A stretch of DNA of 64,000 bases from Octopus sinensis (Eukaryota). The notes below the pieces were generated by a model. The model made no database searches and was not told the origin of the DNA. It worked only from the letters and a program-made list of their open reading frames with translations. The translations under genes were made by a program, and so were the position numbers. Positions within the stretch are counted from its first letter, which is position 1. Every line of letters starts with the position of its first letter. The stretch spans positions 65,286,001-65,350,000 of the forward strand of contig NC_042998.1 of assembly GCF_006345805.1 (NCBI RefSeq), in the 5' to 3' direction. This document shows, one piece after another, positions 12,598 through 25,988 of the stretch.

Positions 12598-12598
<1 letters not shown>
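12567..12598 (+). other. Helitron-like 3' terminus (hairpin plus CTAG)
   Basis: ACCCG-cgtggagat-CGGGT, then CTAG (12595-12598) followed by T. No 5' end or Rep/helicase seen. Confidence 0.35.
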
Positions 12599-12631
<33 letters not shown>

Positions 12632-13469
12632 GAGAATTTTAATGGAGATAAACTCCAGTATATAGTACAACTGTTATTTCGCTCGTATATGAGCGAAAGA
12701 TTACTAAAATTTAGTATAAGATAAAAATTTCTTATATTTGTCTCATATATTCAGGCAAGCAAATTAATAATTCAGATGTATGACATGAGATATTATTCCA
12801 TTCACATAACAACATATTTATATTAAGACAGAAATCATAAGAATATAGAAATATAAGAACATAATCATAACAAATATATAAGAAACACTATGAAAGTATA
12901 AATTATTGATAGAATAGATTAAACGGCCGTTTCAGAAAAGTTGAAAGGGGTAGTAGGACATAATCCAGATTCAATTCCTTGTATAAAAACATTTCCTTCC
13001 TTAGGAAGGTAGAATCCTGTAAGGTATTACATCGTGAAATTTCAGTTGCTTGTTGAGTATCGAATTGATGAATAAGAACGAAAATATAAATAACAAAATA
13101 AAACCGGACAGACTATATAGTGCCTTACTAGATTTTACCACAAGAAAGGAAACCCAAGGAAGGAAATGTTTTTTATACAGGGAGTTGAATTTGGATTATA
13201 TACTACAGTTGAATCTGGATTATTTCCTTACAATATTTATGAAACGGCCAGAGGATACGACTGATTTTTCAATCGCCCCTTTAATCTATTACAACTATAT
13301 TTTATACTTTCATAGTGTTCCTTATATATTTTTGCTTATCATATACTTCTTAATATAAATATGTAGTTATTTGAAAAGAATAATATCTCATGTAATACAT
13401 CTGAATTATGAATTTGCCTGTCTGAATGTTTAAGACAAATATCTCAAATTTTTATCTTACACAACATTT

Positions 13470-13514
<45 letters not shown>

Positions 13515-13548
13515 GTGTGTGAATGTGTGTATGTATATGTATATATTT

Positions 13549-13624
<76 letters not shown>

Positions 13625-13646
13625 GTGTGTGCGTGTGTGTGTGTAT

Positions 13647-14872
13647 TTAAGTTAAGTTAATTCTTTGGCTCAAAAAGCGAAAAGCAAGGCCATGTAGGGG
13701 AACATGGAGTTATGTATAGGGTGGGGTTCATGCAAAGAGTTCAGGCCATTTCTGGTCAAGTGAGACTGAACCGAGTGGTCGTCGTCATCTTCACTATCTC
13801 GTCCGGCAGCTTATTCCACGGATCCGCAACCCGGACGGAGAAAGCCCCTCTCCTTCGATTGAGATGAAAACGGCGCAGATAGAGCTTTTCGGAGTGACGC
13901 CGCAGCCGACGCTCTGGAGCAGGAGTGAAGAACAGCTCTTTCGAGAGGTTACACTTTCCACTTATGATGTTGTGAGCAAGAACGAGATCACCACGGCGTT
14001 GTCATTTTTCTAGAGAATAAAGGTCGAGCGTCTTCAGCCTTTCTTCATAAGACAAATGCTTGAGACCAAGAACCATGAGGGTAGCCAGTTGCTGGACTCT
14101 TTCGAGATGATGTATGTCTTTGAGGAGATAAGGGTCTCACCAGCGTGACATAGAGCGGTAGGAATATGGCTTCTGTGAGCATACCGAATGACCGTGGAAT
14201 CAAAAACAAAACTTCGCGTGCTTTGTTGGTAGCATGGACGCACTATGCCGAAAGCGAAAAGGAAGAATCCACCAAGATACCCAGGTACTTTAGCTGGTCG
14301 GTCCTCTCCAGCAGCAGACGACCAGGCTCGAAATCAAGTTGAGTTGCAGGAGAAGAGCCAACAGGCAGATGACAGCACTTTGACACATTCAGACACAGGT
14401 CCCATTCGTTAGACCATCTCCAAACTTGGTGGAGGCATCGACGAAGATCATCTATATCACCGCTAGGAGCGACCAGTTTGACATCATCGGCAAATAGAAG
14501 GGTGTGTTGCGTGAGGTCGTCGGGCAAGTCATTAATGAAGACTAAGAACAATAAGGGCTCAAGCACTGAACATTGAGGCACGTCACAGCTCGCACAGGAG
14601 ACGTCGGAGAGCGAACCATTAACTTGGACTTGGAAGGAGTGATCTGACAGGAAGGCACCAACCCATCGTACAACATCCGGATGGAAACTATATGCTTGAA
14701 GCTTGACAAGTAATAGGCGGTGGTTTACCGAGTCAAAAGCTTTGGCAAAGTCCAATAAAACGATGTTAACAGCATCACCATCATTGAGGATACGCGTCAC
14801 CAATTGTATATATACCTTGTGTGCCCAGCTGGGACTGCTACTGATTAGTTTGGGCTCCACGTAGATTATCAT
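13647..14872 (-). mobile_element. CR1/L2-like LINE, 5'-truncated, same family as 11302-11728
   Basis: ORF 14243-14872 LDFAKAFDSVNH..VPQCSVLEPLLF..FADDVKL; 3' end matches the 11.3-11.7 kb copy in reverse; (TTAAC)n tail. Confidence 0.88.
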
Positions 14873-15183
14873 AACCTAATGTGCTTTCAGTTTTTAGTTC
14901 ACTGGTTAAGCTACAATTGAATTTCGTAGTATTACTGGTTATGATATACAGAGTAAATATATCGTAATATATTGCAATGTAATATATTGCAGAGACCTAA
15001 AATCAGAAATTTCATATCTCTGGCCTATAATGCAATAGAGAATTGCCGCGGATGAATTGTTGTGTGTAATAATTCAAAGCAAAATTGTAACGAACCACAA
15101 TATATTATGCATACGTAAGAAGTATTATAAAATTATGTTAGTCGTACTTACCTGTAAACACACACTCTTACATATATACATAT

Positions 15184-15910
<727 letters not shown>

Positions 15911-17207
15911 TGATGCATAGATTTATGAAAATACAGTAATACACTCTTTGACAATGATAAGAAAATGTTAAGACAGAATTTTCAACAATGAAAAGCAAAT
16001 GTTAAGAGGGGCTTTATGTTTAAATAGTCTATATAAATGTGTTCAAAATAGATAGTAAAATAAATTAATAGTTACTTCGAAGGTCATCATTATTCAGCAT
16101 TATCAATATCATTCCGCCATGGTAAGTATCATGCTCTGTTAAGGTAAAAAATATTCTATATTGTTCTAATATAAATTCGATTGAAACCTCGAATGAGTGT
16201 TTCAGCTATACTGTATTTGTATTTAGATGACTACAATAATCATTTCCATCAAATGTCAAGGGTTAATAAACCTGACTTCTAAGTTAATCCATTTCCGGAG
16301 ATGGAATTAATTTAGAATAGCCATTTTTTCTTCGGAACCAATGTAAGAAGACTTATTTAATATGATTTTATTTCCAAAAGTTTCTAGGTTATGATTTAAG
16401 GAAATGTCTATGATATTTTGAAGAAGGCCACTGACCTTGGGGACATTTTTAAAGTCATGCAGCGACATTGCATTTGAAAGTCTTATGCGTTATGGTAAAT
16501 CCTTGGCAGAAAACAATAGAATTCCGCTATAATTTTTGTGTAGAAAATATTAGAATTTCGTATGTGTTAAAAACATTCTTCAGTTAAAATGATACTTGGG
16601 ATTCTGAGATGAAGTATTTTGTGTCTGCATGGCAAATAGAAAGGAATGGATTGGAAGAAACTGAGAATAACAGAAGTCGTGGAAAGTGAGAAAGAGATTA
16701 TATTGAGCAGATAAATATGATTAAGAAGAGAAGCCTACAGCTTGCAATGAAGGCGCCTAGACATGTAGTTGAATGTCAGCTTATGCTCAAAGGTGTATTA
16801 TAAACAATACTTAAATTTGTTAGAAAATATGATTTGTAGAAGGGTAATAAGAAGAGATGTGACTTGATATGACAATGAATTTACAGAATTATTCATACAT
16901 GAAATGTAAATTTCGAATATTTGTAGGTAAGTAGGATCATAAAAAAATTACAACGGTGGGATGCATTAAGAAATAGTAAGTAAAGAATGAAAGTTAAACA
17001 AGCATTAGGAAGAAATATCAGTATTTACGTAAACATTCCCCCAAATACAACCAATAATGAGACAAAATCTTTGATAGAAGAAGAATTTGGGAAGTATCGC
17101 CTAAGAAAACTTAATGATACTCATCCACGCTGGTCATAAATTCAACGGTACGTTGGTACGTTGAAGTGGGATCAATTCGTGATATACGCATACATAATCT
17201 ATGACTC

Positions 17208-17302
<95 letters not shown>

Positions 17303-17384
17303 TACATAACACACACACATACACAACACACACATACACACACACAGATATATATATATATATATATATATATATGACTGTTCT

Positions 17385-17750
17385 AAGAAGCTTCCTTGGT
17401 TGTGTGGTAGAAGGCTTGTTTTACAACCTCATGGTTCTGAATTCAGTTTCATTCGTGGCACCTTGGGCAACTGTCTTCTACTATAACCTGGAGCCGAGCA
17501 AAACATTGTGAATTGACTTTGCTAGACGGAAGTGAACCAATCCCGTCACATGTATATGTATATACATGTGTGTGCATGTATATGTATATACATGTGTGTG
17601 TGTGTGCCTTTGTTGGTTTCCCCAACACCATTTGACAAGCGATGTATGTTTCTGTCCCTGCCACTTACCGATTCAGCAAACAAGCCGACAGAATAAGTAG
17701 TAGGCTTTAAAATTACATCCTGGGGTCGATTTCTTCAACTAAAACTCAAT
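17385..17750 (+). mobile_element. tRNA-derived SINE with internal microsatellite (family of 33924)
   Basis: TGTGTGGTAG..GGCACCTTGGGCAA..TCTTCTACTATA..AGACGGAA and 3' GGGGTCGAT blocks. Confidence 0.65.
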
Positions 17751-17754
17751 GCAA

Positions 17755-17799
<45 letters not shown>

Positions 17800-17804
<5 letters not shown>

Positions 17805-18830
17805 AAAAAAGAAGTTTGAAAACGCCACTATATTAGATACATTTTATTTTCTTATGAATTTTACATGTTTCGGTTCTTGAAAAAACGAACCTTATCAAAA
17901 ATATTATAAAAAGTGCAATAGAAAAGTTCATATTTGTTTCTTACTGGTCTCAATAGAATCCATGTGGTGGTGTTTTGTCGGTAGTTGGTATAATCGCTAT
18001 GTTATAGTTGAATGTAGTAAAGAAGTTCATTATTGTTTCTTGCTGGTATCAAAAGGAACCGTGTGCTTGTTTTTTTGTTTCCTTGTGTTACAATGGAATG
18101 GTAGCAGCAGCAGTGATTGTTGGTCGTAGTAGTAGTAACCGTGGTGGTGGTTGGGGTTGCAGCAGTTTATTGGTTGTGGCGGCTAAGTTGTGGCTGTCCT
18201 AGCAGCAGCAGTATGTCTTGTGGCTTAAATGGCAGTAGTAGCAGTTACTGTTGGCCGTAGTTTTGGCAACCGTGAGGTTGTAGCAGTTAAGCCGTGGCCG
18301 TAGCATCAGCATTAGTAGAGGACTGTTGATCTTAGCAGCAATAGTAGTGACCACGGTGGTTGTAGTAGTAGTGATAGTGGAAGCAGGCGTAGTGATCGTG
18401 GTGGTTATGGTAGAATTTCATTTTTCCTTTTCGGAAGACCAATGTTTTGTTTTAATATTCCTGGCCCAGGGTGTTCAAACTTGGTCTAATTTTTTTGATG
18501 AAATAAAGTTCTTTATTTTGGCGTTGGGTGAAGGTTACGCTGTCACTGAATTTGTAAAGTGGGTAAGTTGTAAATTTCGGATTTTCATTTGAAGCACATC
18601 TATCTATGTGTCCGCTGACTGGTATTTCCCGGTATTCAGGGTTTCTAATTTGGGATTTATGCACTGCCATCCTTTTACGTAAGCTATTTTTTGAATGGCC
18701 TATATACTGCCTATTGCAACCTGCGGATGTTGAGACGTAAATTAAGTTTTCTGATGCACAGGTGAAGTTTGTTCTAATGGTGAACTGATGGCCTTGTTCT
18801 AGTATATTTTGTGAACCTTCTACCAAGATG
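17800..18830 (-). mobile_element. Penelope-like element 3' fragment (GIY-YIG endonuclease plus pseudo-LTR)
   Basis: ORF 18452-18826 NLIY..AGCNRQYIGHSKNSLRKRMAVH..KELYFIKKIRPSLN; hammerhead motif downstream. Confidence 0.8.
17858..17902 (-). ncRNA. Hammerhead-like motif, U3-A8 core variant
   Basis: Minus strand TTGATAA-GGTTC-gttttttcaa-GAACC-GAAA-CATG-TA; perfect 5-bp stem II, palindromic stem III, weak A-U stem I. Confidence 0.6.
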
Positions 18831-18963
18831 ACACAGATTCCGCAGTTGGGCTTTCCACATTTTCTAACTGCTGGTTTTTTGGTTGATGTTGCGTGCAGTT
18901 TAGCTTCGGTTATATTTATATATATTTACGTACACGCGTGCGCACGCATACACACAGAGAGGT

Positions 18964-20350
18964 ATATATTGTGTCATCCCATAAATAGTGCAGTTTTCTT
19001 CTACTTTTATTTTTCAAAATTAATATAAATGAATCTTTTAAAATCTATATACTCTCCTATATTTTCTACAATGCTCTTCCATTTCTCTGGTAAACTTGGA
19101 ATGCCCCACTTCCAAAATTCTTCCGTGACGATAAATGCCTATCCAGCACTGTTCTTTCAGTCCAAGTCATTTTGAAGACTGCGGAATAAATAATAATGAG
19201 ATGGGAAAAATATGGTGGGTTGGGCATCGTTTCCCATTCACATTACCCCTGACTTTGCAATGTCAACCACGCTGTATGTGTCCGAGCACTATTCTGATGC
19301 AAGAACACCTTTCATCTTGAAAATAAAGATGGTAGTTTTTTCAAGCCTTGACCCGAGTCGGTCAAGCTGCTCGAAGTAGATATCCTTTAAAGTAATATTA
19401 TTTTGTCAACTTAATGTGACAGTCCCATAAAAGAGAAGAATGCTACTGTTATTTAGCCCTAGGAAACACCGTTTCCACTTGGACACATTTCCTATATCTT
19501 TATGTTTTCAAAGTGAAGACATTCCCCCACCACTCATCAAAGCCACCACCAGAGACTAGTTTCATGTCATTGCCTAGAGTGACATGGCTTGCTAGCTGTC
19601 GATGCCCATCCTCCTTTCAAAACATATATATATGTCAAGTGAAATACATTCACTGATTTTTCTATTTCTATTATTTCTAGATTTCATTTTTTTATCGTTT
19701 GGTCTGGGTTTAAATGTTGAAAGTGGATAAACCTTTCATATCTCATCTAACAGATAACAACACCTTACGTGGGAGAAGGCGTTATTTAGCCAGGGGCGCC
19801 GGTGTTTTTTCTTCCCTTACTCACTATCTTCGGGCGTCACATTATTATAGAGAACCATTTCCTCGTCACCACTTACATTTCGGTCCAAAATATTTTATTC
19901 GTGAGACATGACAACAAAGAAGAGCACACGGTCACACTCTGCGCACGAGTAGACATGGGAAGTTTGTGAGAAACAAATTGACACAAAGTTGTGACATATC
20001 CGATGGCACGCAAGTGTTAATGAATGGTTGAATGACTAAATCCAAGCTTCTCTGCCAGTTCCTGAAAAGTTACGATTGGATTTTATTCCACCAACCAGGA
20101 CGTCCTCGTTGAGCTCTACAGATCTTCCAGAATGAGGTGCACCTCCTAGACTGTAATTTCCGTCTCGGAATTTCTGGAACCACCGTTGATACTGGTTTAC
20201 GTTTATTGTCCGGTCACCGTATACTGCATTAATTCTCTCCGCACTTTCCGTTGACTTGTCACCTTTATTAAACTAATAAATTAAAATATGCCGAATATAC
20301 CGCTTCGTCACTTCACTTATAGCTTTGAAAAAAATACTGTTAAAATCGAA
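18964..20350 (-). mobile_element. Decayed mariner (DD34D-type) transposon interrupted by an insertion at about 19385-19660
   Basis: Minus-strand fragments YQRWFQKFRDGNYSL, LAEKLGFSHSTIH, SGDEEMVLYNN, LHQNSARTH, WETMPNPPY, PEKWKSIVENIGEY; TIR-like TATATTGTGTCATCCCATAA near 18964. Confidence 0.75.
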
Positions 20351-20529
20351 CTCCATTCTTCAAAACTTGCAGTAAGAATAACTATTATCTGCTGTTACAG
20401 CAAGCTTATTATTTGTAAACAATGATAATAAATAGTAATAACGTGTTTTGAATAGCAGAAAAATTCACTATAATAAGAACAATGGACTTTAATAACTGAT
20501 GTAATTTAATCATATATATTATATATGTA

Positions 20530-21700
20530 TATACAGAGCGCGTAAGGTCTTTGAGGCTATACCATTTTGGGTTATTGCAGCTTTTTTTTTTTGCTAACAC
20601 TGTATAACCTTTGTCTCACAAAATAATAGCGGCAGACATTCAGCTTACTCAAGAAATGAAGAGGCATGCTGTTATTGTGGTTATATAGGCTCACCATAGC
20701 GATTTAGAAATATCTCGGTTTATAAAAGTTACCAGATATTTCGTCTATAAAGTTTGTAAAGAGCTAGAGACTGAAGATGGAAACGTATCACCAGTATCGA
20801 AGTATAAAAAGCATTTTAAACGCTCTGAAATCATCAGAACACCTGAATTTATCCAAGTTCGACAGACCATTGATTACAATCCCAGAGTATCCATGAGGTC
20901 AGTTGCATAAAATTTCCATACATCAGAAGGAACATTCAGAAATCATGTCCACGAAGACATCAGATATAAGACTTACATGATGAGGAAAGGTCTATTTGTC
21001 AGAAGAAGCAAATGAAAATCACTATATCAAATGTAAAATGCTCTTAAACAAACTGAAAAATCCAGCAGAAGATACGATTTGGTTTTTCTCGACGAGCAAA
21101 ACTTCGACTAAGATCAAAAAGTTAACAAAACAAATGACCCTTCTGAAACTCTAAGTGTAATGCAAAGGAAATTTCCTGCAACGTTCATGGTTTTAATGGG
21201 GGTCAGCAATGAAGGACATGTCATGACTACATGTCGCCTACATTGAGGTTCTGGAAATAGTTGTCAAACCCTGGATAAATAGGTATGTAATGGAAGGCCA
21301 TATATGTTTCAGTAAGCCTATGCACTATCAAACATAATAATATAGGAATGGACGGTTGAAAATTATGTAATCACATATCTCCTAACATTTGGCCTCTTAA
21401 TTATCCAGATCTCAATTCATTGGACTGTAACATGCGGAGCGTTGTTGAGAGAGAGGTCGAGGAACACGCCTATAATATCAAAGATTCTTTGAAAGCTATC
21501 ATACTTGGTGTAACGTCCAAAATGAATCAGAACCACTTGATTCGAGCATGTAGATGATTTAGATCTCATATAGAAGCAGTTGTTGAAGCTGAAGGCGACT
21601 TTATTGAATAACATTATAGAAAAGAAGGTTTATTGTTATCCTCATAGCATTTTTTTAATAAATAAAGTTATTATTATCTGTTATTATATATCAAACATAA
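20530..21700 (+). mobile_element. Decayed DD37D/maT-like transposon (second copy)
   Basis: QLTQEMKRHAVIV..HSDLEISRF..KRSEIIRTPEF, KFPATFMV and AVVEAEGDFIE motifs, homologous to 3630-4890. Confidence 0.75.
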
Positions 21701-22095
21701 ATCTCCCCTCAAATATCTTATGTATTCTGTTTATATGTATGTATATATGTATACAATGTTTTTATTAGCACAATTTCTATTGTTATCACGCTATTAGATA
21801 ATTAAGTGAGTGTTTTCTTTTTGTAGAAGACAGAAGGGAAGGCTGCAACGTTCTACGACGCAACCCCTTTTCCAAAATATTATATCTTTTTACACAAAAC
21901 AAGTGAAGAATTTTCAACCATGACTCTTCCCGTATTGCGGTTTCTTATCATGTCTATATACAATACAATATATTAAACATTTTCCTACACGAATATAGGT
22001 TATTCAGAGCTACTGGATGAAGAGTTGGTACTAAAGAGACCTGTAGGCCATGAGAATAATCAATTATAAATGACACGAATACATGTGGAAACATG

Positions 22096-22310
22096 CTGAA
22101 GGTGGCGAGGTCGCAACATCATTAGCATGCTGGGCAAGATGCTTAGCGGTTTTTTGCTCGTCTTTACATTCTTAGTTCAAATACCACCAAGGTGGAGTTT
22201 GTCCCTTATCTTTCGGACTCGATAAAATAAGTACCGGTTGATCACTGGAATTGATGCAATCGATTTTTCCCTCCCTGAAATTACGGGCTGTGTGCCAAAA
22301 TTTGAAATCA
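22096..22310 (+). mobile_element. Decayed tRNA-derived SINE (family of 7503 and 60025)
   Basis: Head ..ATGCTTAGCGGT..TAGTTCAAATACC, central TCGATAAAATAAGTACC. Confidence 0.6.
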
Positions 22311-23063
22311 ATTATATATGGCATGAAAAATATATAAGCGTGATAACGTCGGCAAGGCGACACAATCGTTAGTATCACGGGCAAAATGGTTAAAGGAATC
22401 TTGTCCGCCTAATATCCTGGGTTCCAGTTTCTACTGTATTTACCATCCTTTCAGATGTCAATAAAAGAAGTAACTGTTGAGCAGTGGACTCGATAAAATG
22501 GACTTAATCCCCTGCTCGTACTTGCTGGATAAATATCGAAATTTGAAAGCAATATGTATCAACGCGTTATAGAGTCATAAATACAATTGGGTACTTATAC
22601 AAAAGCAAGGAAATAGATGAGTGCAGGCTGTTAGGAAAGCAAATTTCTCCAGTTTGGTGTTAAATAAGTGCAAAATATAATTATTGATTCTCTTTATATT
22701 ATCTACGTCAGACTTTACACAGTCGTCTCCCGTCCCCGTCCTCACAAAAATGTTCGTGTTTTTAATCAAATAACTAATTCGTCGTAACATTCTCACGCTG
22801 TCTGGAAGCACTTGATATTCTATAATTGTTAGTCATTACTTATTTTACTATCTACATAAGTTTTTGTGTTTGATGTGTTGTTTTATTTCTTCTCCCGGCA
22901 ACATCAAATTAATTATGTATGTTGATGATGTCTGACCTTTGTTTTATATTCATAAAATATGTTGTATTGCTAATCTGCTTCTTCATTTTGGGAATTTCAT
23001 CAACATGATTATATATATATAAATATATGTATGTATATATGTATATGTATATATACATACAAA

Positions 23064-23131
<68 letters not shown>

Positions 23132-23853
23132 GGCGCAGGAGTGGTTGTGTAGTAAGTAGCTTGCTTACTGCTACCAAGTTGTCGCGTTGTTTTTCGTCGT
23201 GGTGAAATCACGCCGTACGTGATAAATAGTACATTTGAAGCACGATTAAGGGTAAAGTATTTGTTTTCTTGGGAGCTTAGTGGAGTCCGTTAACCGTACG
23301 CTTATTATTTTTTTCGAACAAGGGTCTCCACTGTGTTCTAGACATTTGTTTCTTTAGTGAGAATTGTGTGTGTTTTCGGGAGGTGTGTGCTTCCGAAATT
23401 TTATGATTTTATGTGACTGTGTGCTTTTCGAGGATTTTATGAATTGGAGTACAACCAGAATTTTACCATTTGGAGTACAACCAGAAATTTTTGTGCTGCA
23501 ATGGATTTTTAACTGTGCTACAAAGCATTACCAGATTTGAATTTTGTTTCCATTTAAACTGTCTTCTTTTGTTCTTTTTCTCTTGTCTGACTTTCTGCTT
23601 TTTTTGTGTTTGCATTAGGGATTTCTATTAGAACATTTTTGATTTCGTTGTGGACTTTTATATTTTAATTTATTTTATTCATGGCAACCAATGTAAGAAA
23701 GTTTTAGAGTGGTGAATTGTGACCCCCCCCCCCTCAAGGAGTGGTTAAAAAACCTTGACGAGAGAACGGTGTTGTTGCGGACCTATTGCAAGGACTGCGA
23801 CACTATCTATGTATTGCCTCAGAGTGAAATTGAAGAAGAGTTTGCAGGATTTA

Positions 23854-24562
23854 TAGTTTGATCGTATGTGATCTTCCTCTAACGTATGGTTATCCACCTA
23901 GATGTTTAGCCCTAAATATACACATGTATTGAATTTTTTCTGATTTTTCAGATATTTTATATGCTTGGCTACTGGTTTTAAATTGATATTATTTAAATTA
24001 ATATACAATTTACCTCCTTCATTATTTAAATGTTAAAATATTTATGTTCTCTAATTGGCAACATTAACTGCAGTAAATTATCTGCTGCAGAACAGTTTCC
24101 GGAATTTAGCGCTCCGAAACTTGGACATTTGAAAATAACAAACAATGTAATCTATAGAACTAAGCACGTGTCTAGTTCTATGTGGACAGCTAGTGTTTAG
24201 TTTTGCAAATTATATTAAATTGGAACGATCGTAGTGACGAGTCTGCGGACGAAGGATTACGTAATTAATTTATTCGGTAATAGACGAAACCGGTGTACGA
24301 TTCATTCTTGATTTTTATATAACTTTCATCTGTCTTGCCCGCCTATGTTCTGGTGTTCACTGAATTTTATCTGGAGGACATTCTTTCTTTGTAGTTAGAT
24401 CGTATGGGATCTTCCTCTAGCGCAGGGTTATTGATTTAACCCTAAATATACACATGTATAGAATTTTTTCTGATTGTTCTGATTTTTTATATGATAGGCT
24501 ACTGGTTTTAAATTGATATTAAATAAATTAATATTCAAATTATCTCCTTCATTATTTTAATA
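23854..24562 (+). mobile_element. Terminally redundant non-coding unit (pseudo-LTR or retrozyme-like), period about 538 bp
   Basis: Diverged direct repeats 23854-24032 and 24392-24562 bracket a hammerhead-like fold at 24227-24302. Confidence 0.55.
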
Positions 24563-24603
24563 TATATATATATATATATACCTACATACATGAATACATA
24601 TAT

Positions 24604-24654
<51 letters not shown>

Positions 24655-24862
24655 TGTGCGTGTGTATTTATATGTGTGTGTGTGTGTGTATCGGTGTGCG
24701 TGTGTAATTCACTTAATTGTATAGACACAGGTAATTCTCTAAGAATTTCCAACTGATCTGTTAATGAAGACATTTCTAACAGTTATGACCTATATCATTA
24801 TGAGGCTATCCGAATATGTAGCGTCCATGCATTAAGGTAGACGCCATGCATTATCTCTAGCA

Positions 24863-24921
24863 TTAAGCTTAAAATGAAAATTGCACATTTTGTCCTTACA
24901 CTAGCCCCGAATCCACCGATC

Positions 24922-24965
<44 letters not shown>

Positions 24966-25025
24966 CGATCGGTGGATTCGGGGCTAATATAAGGACAAAA
25001 TGTGCAATTTTCATTTTAAGCTTAA
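24863..25025. repeat. Near-perfect palindrome: 62-bp arms around (TA)n
   Basis: 24863-24924 and 24964-25025 are reverse complements with 2 mismatches. Confidence 0.95.
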
Positions 25026-25043
25026 GATAATGCCTCGAGGCTA

Positions 25044-25108
<65 letters not shown>

Positions 25109-25920
25109 CTGTGTATACAATTATGTTTATATGTATATACAATTATTGAGGCAGACGGATAGAGAGCAATTAGAGAGATAAATAGATAGATACATAGATG
25201 CATGCATGCATACATACATGTATACATATATACATGTATACATACATACATACATACATACATACACACATACATACAAATATAAACAGACAGGTAGATA
25301 GACAGACGGGCGGACGATTGATGGATATCGATCGATATGCATATATTGATATTATAGTATAACGAAGGTTTCATGTTATTTCCGTTTCCAAGAGAGTTTT
25401 CTCGTCCCGCATTACATATCGAAGGCCACGAGTAATTGTATGTGGAGTATATTTACGTTTGAACATTATGATTCTATTTGTAATTCAGGGCTTATTCTAA
25501 ATTAATAACTATATAGCCTGAATATGTGCTATTCAATGATGGGATAAACATAATGTCGCCGGATCTTGCTGAATGATAATTATCATTGTTTAAACAAAAA
25601 ATCTCTACATGGGTTATTTATATATTATAAATAATTTCATATGTACTACTTTCCTACAAACAATATTTCAGGCTACAAATATTTTTGATTTTGTGTATTT
25701 ATTATTGACTTTGTGTATTTTTAGTAAAATTTATTTCCCCAAGTAAATCGTGCTGGAACATTTTCCCTTTTACTTTGCGGTAAACATGTTTCCCTTAACT
25801 CATTGAACAAATGCATACAGTTATGTTAATTTCACAATTCGTAGATTCTTTGTAAAGTTATGTAGGTATTTTAATTATTTAACTCCTGTCTTTCTACTTA
25901 TTGTTTTCCAGGTATATATC

Positions 25921-25988
<68 letters not shown>

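Noticed and set aside
16540-16590. Minus-strand CTGAAGA...GAAA
   Set aside because: Bulged weak stem II, 2-nt loop III and only 2-bp stem I; compatible with chance in AT-rich DNA.
20768-20795. CTGAAGA..GAAAC hammerhead-like string
   Set aside because: No stem II; lies inside transposase coding remnant.
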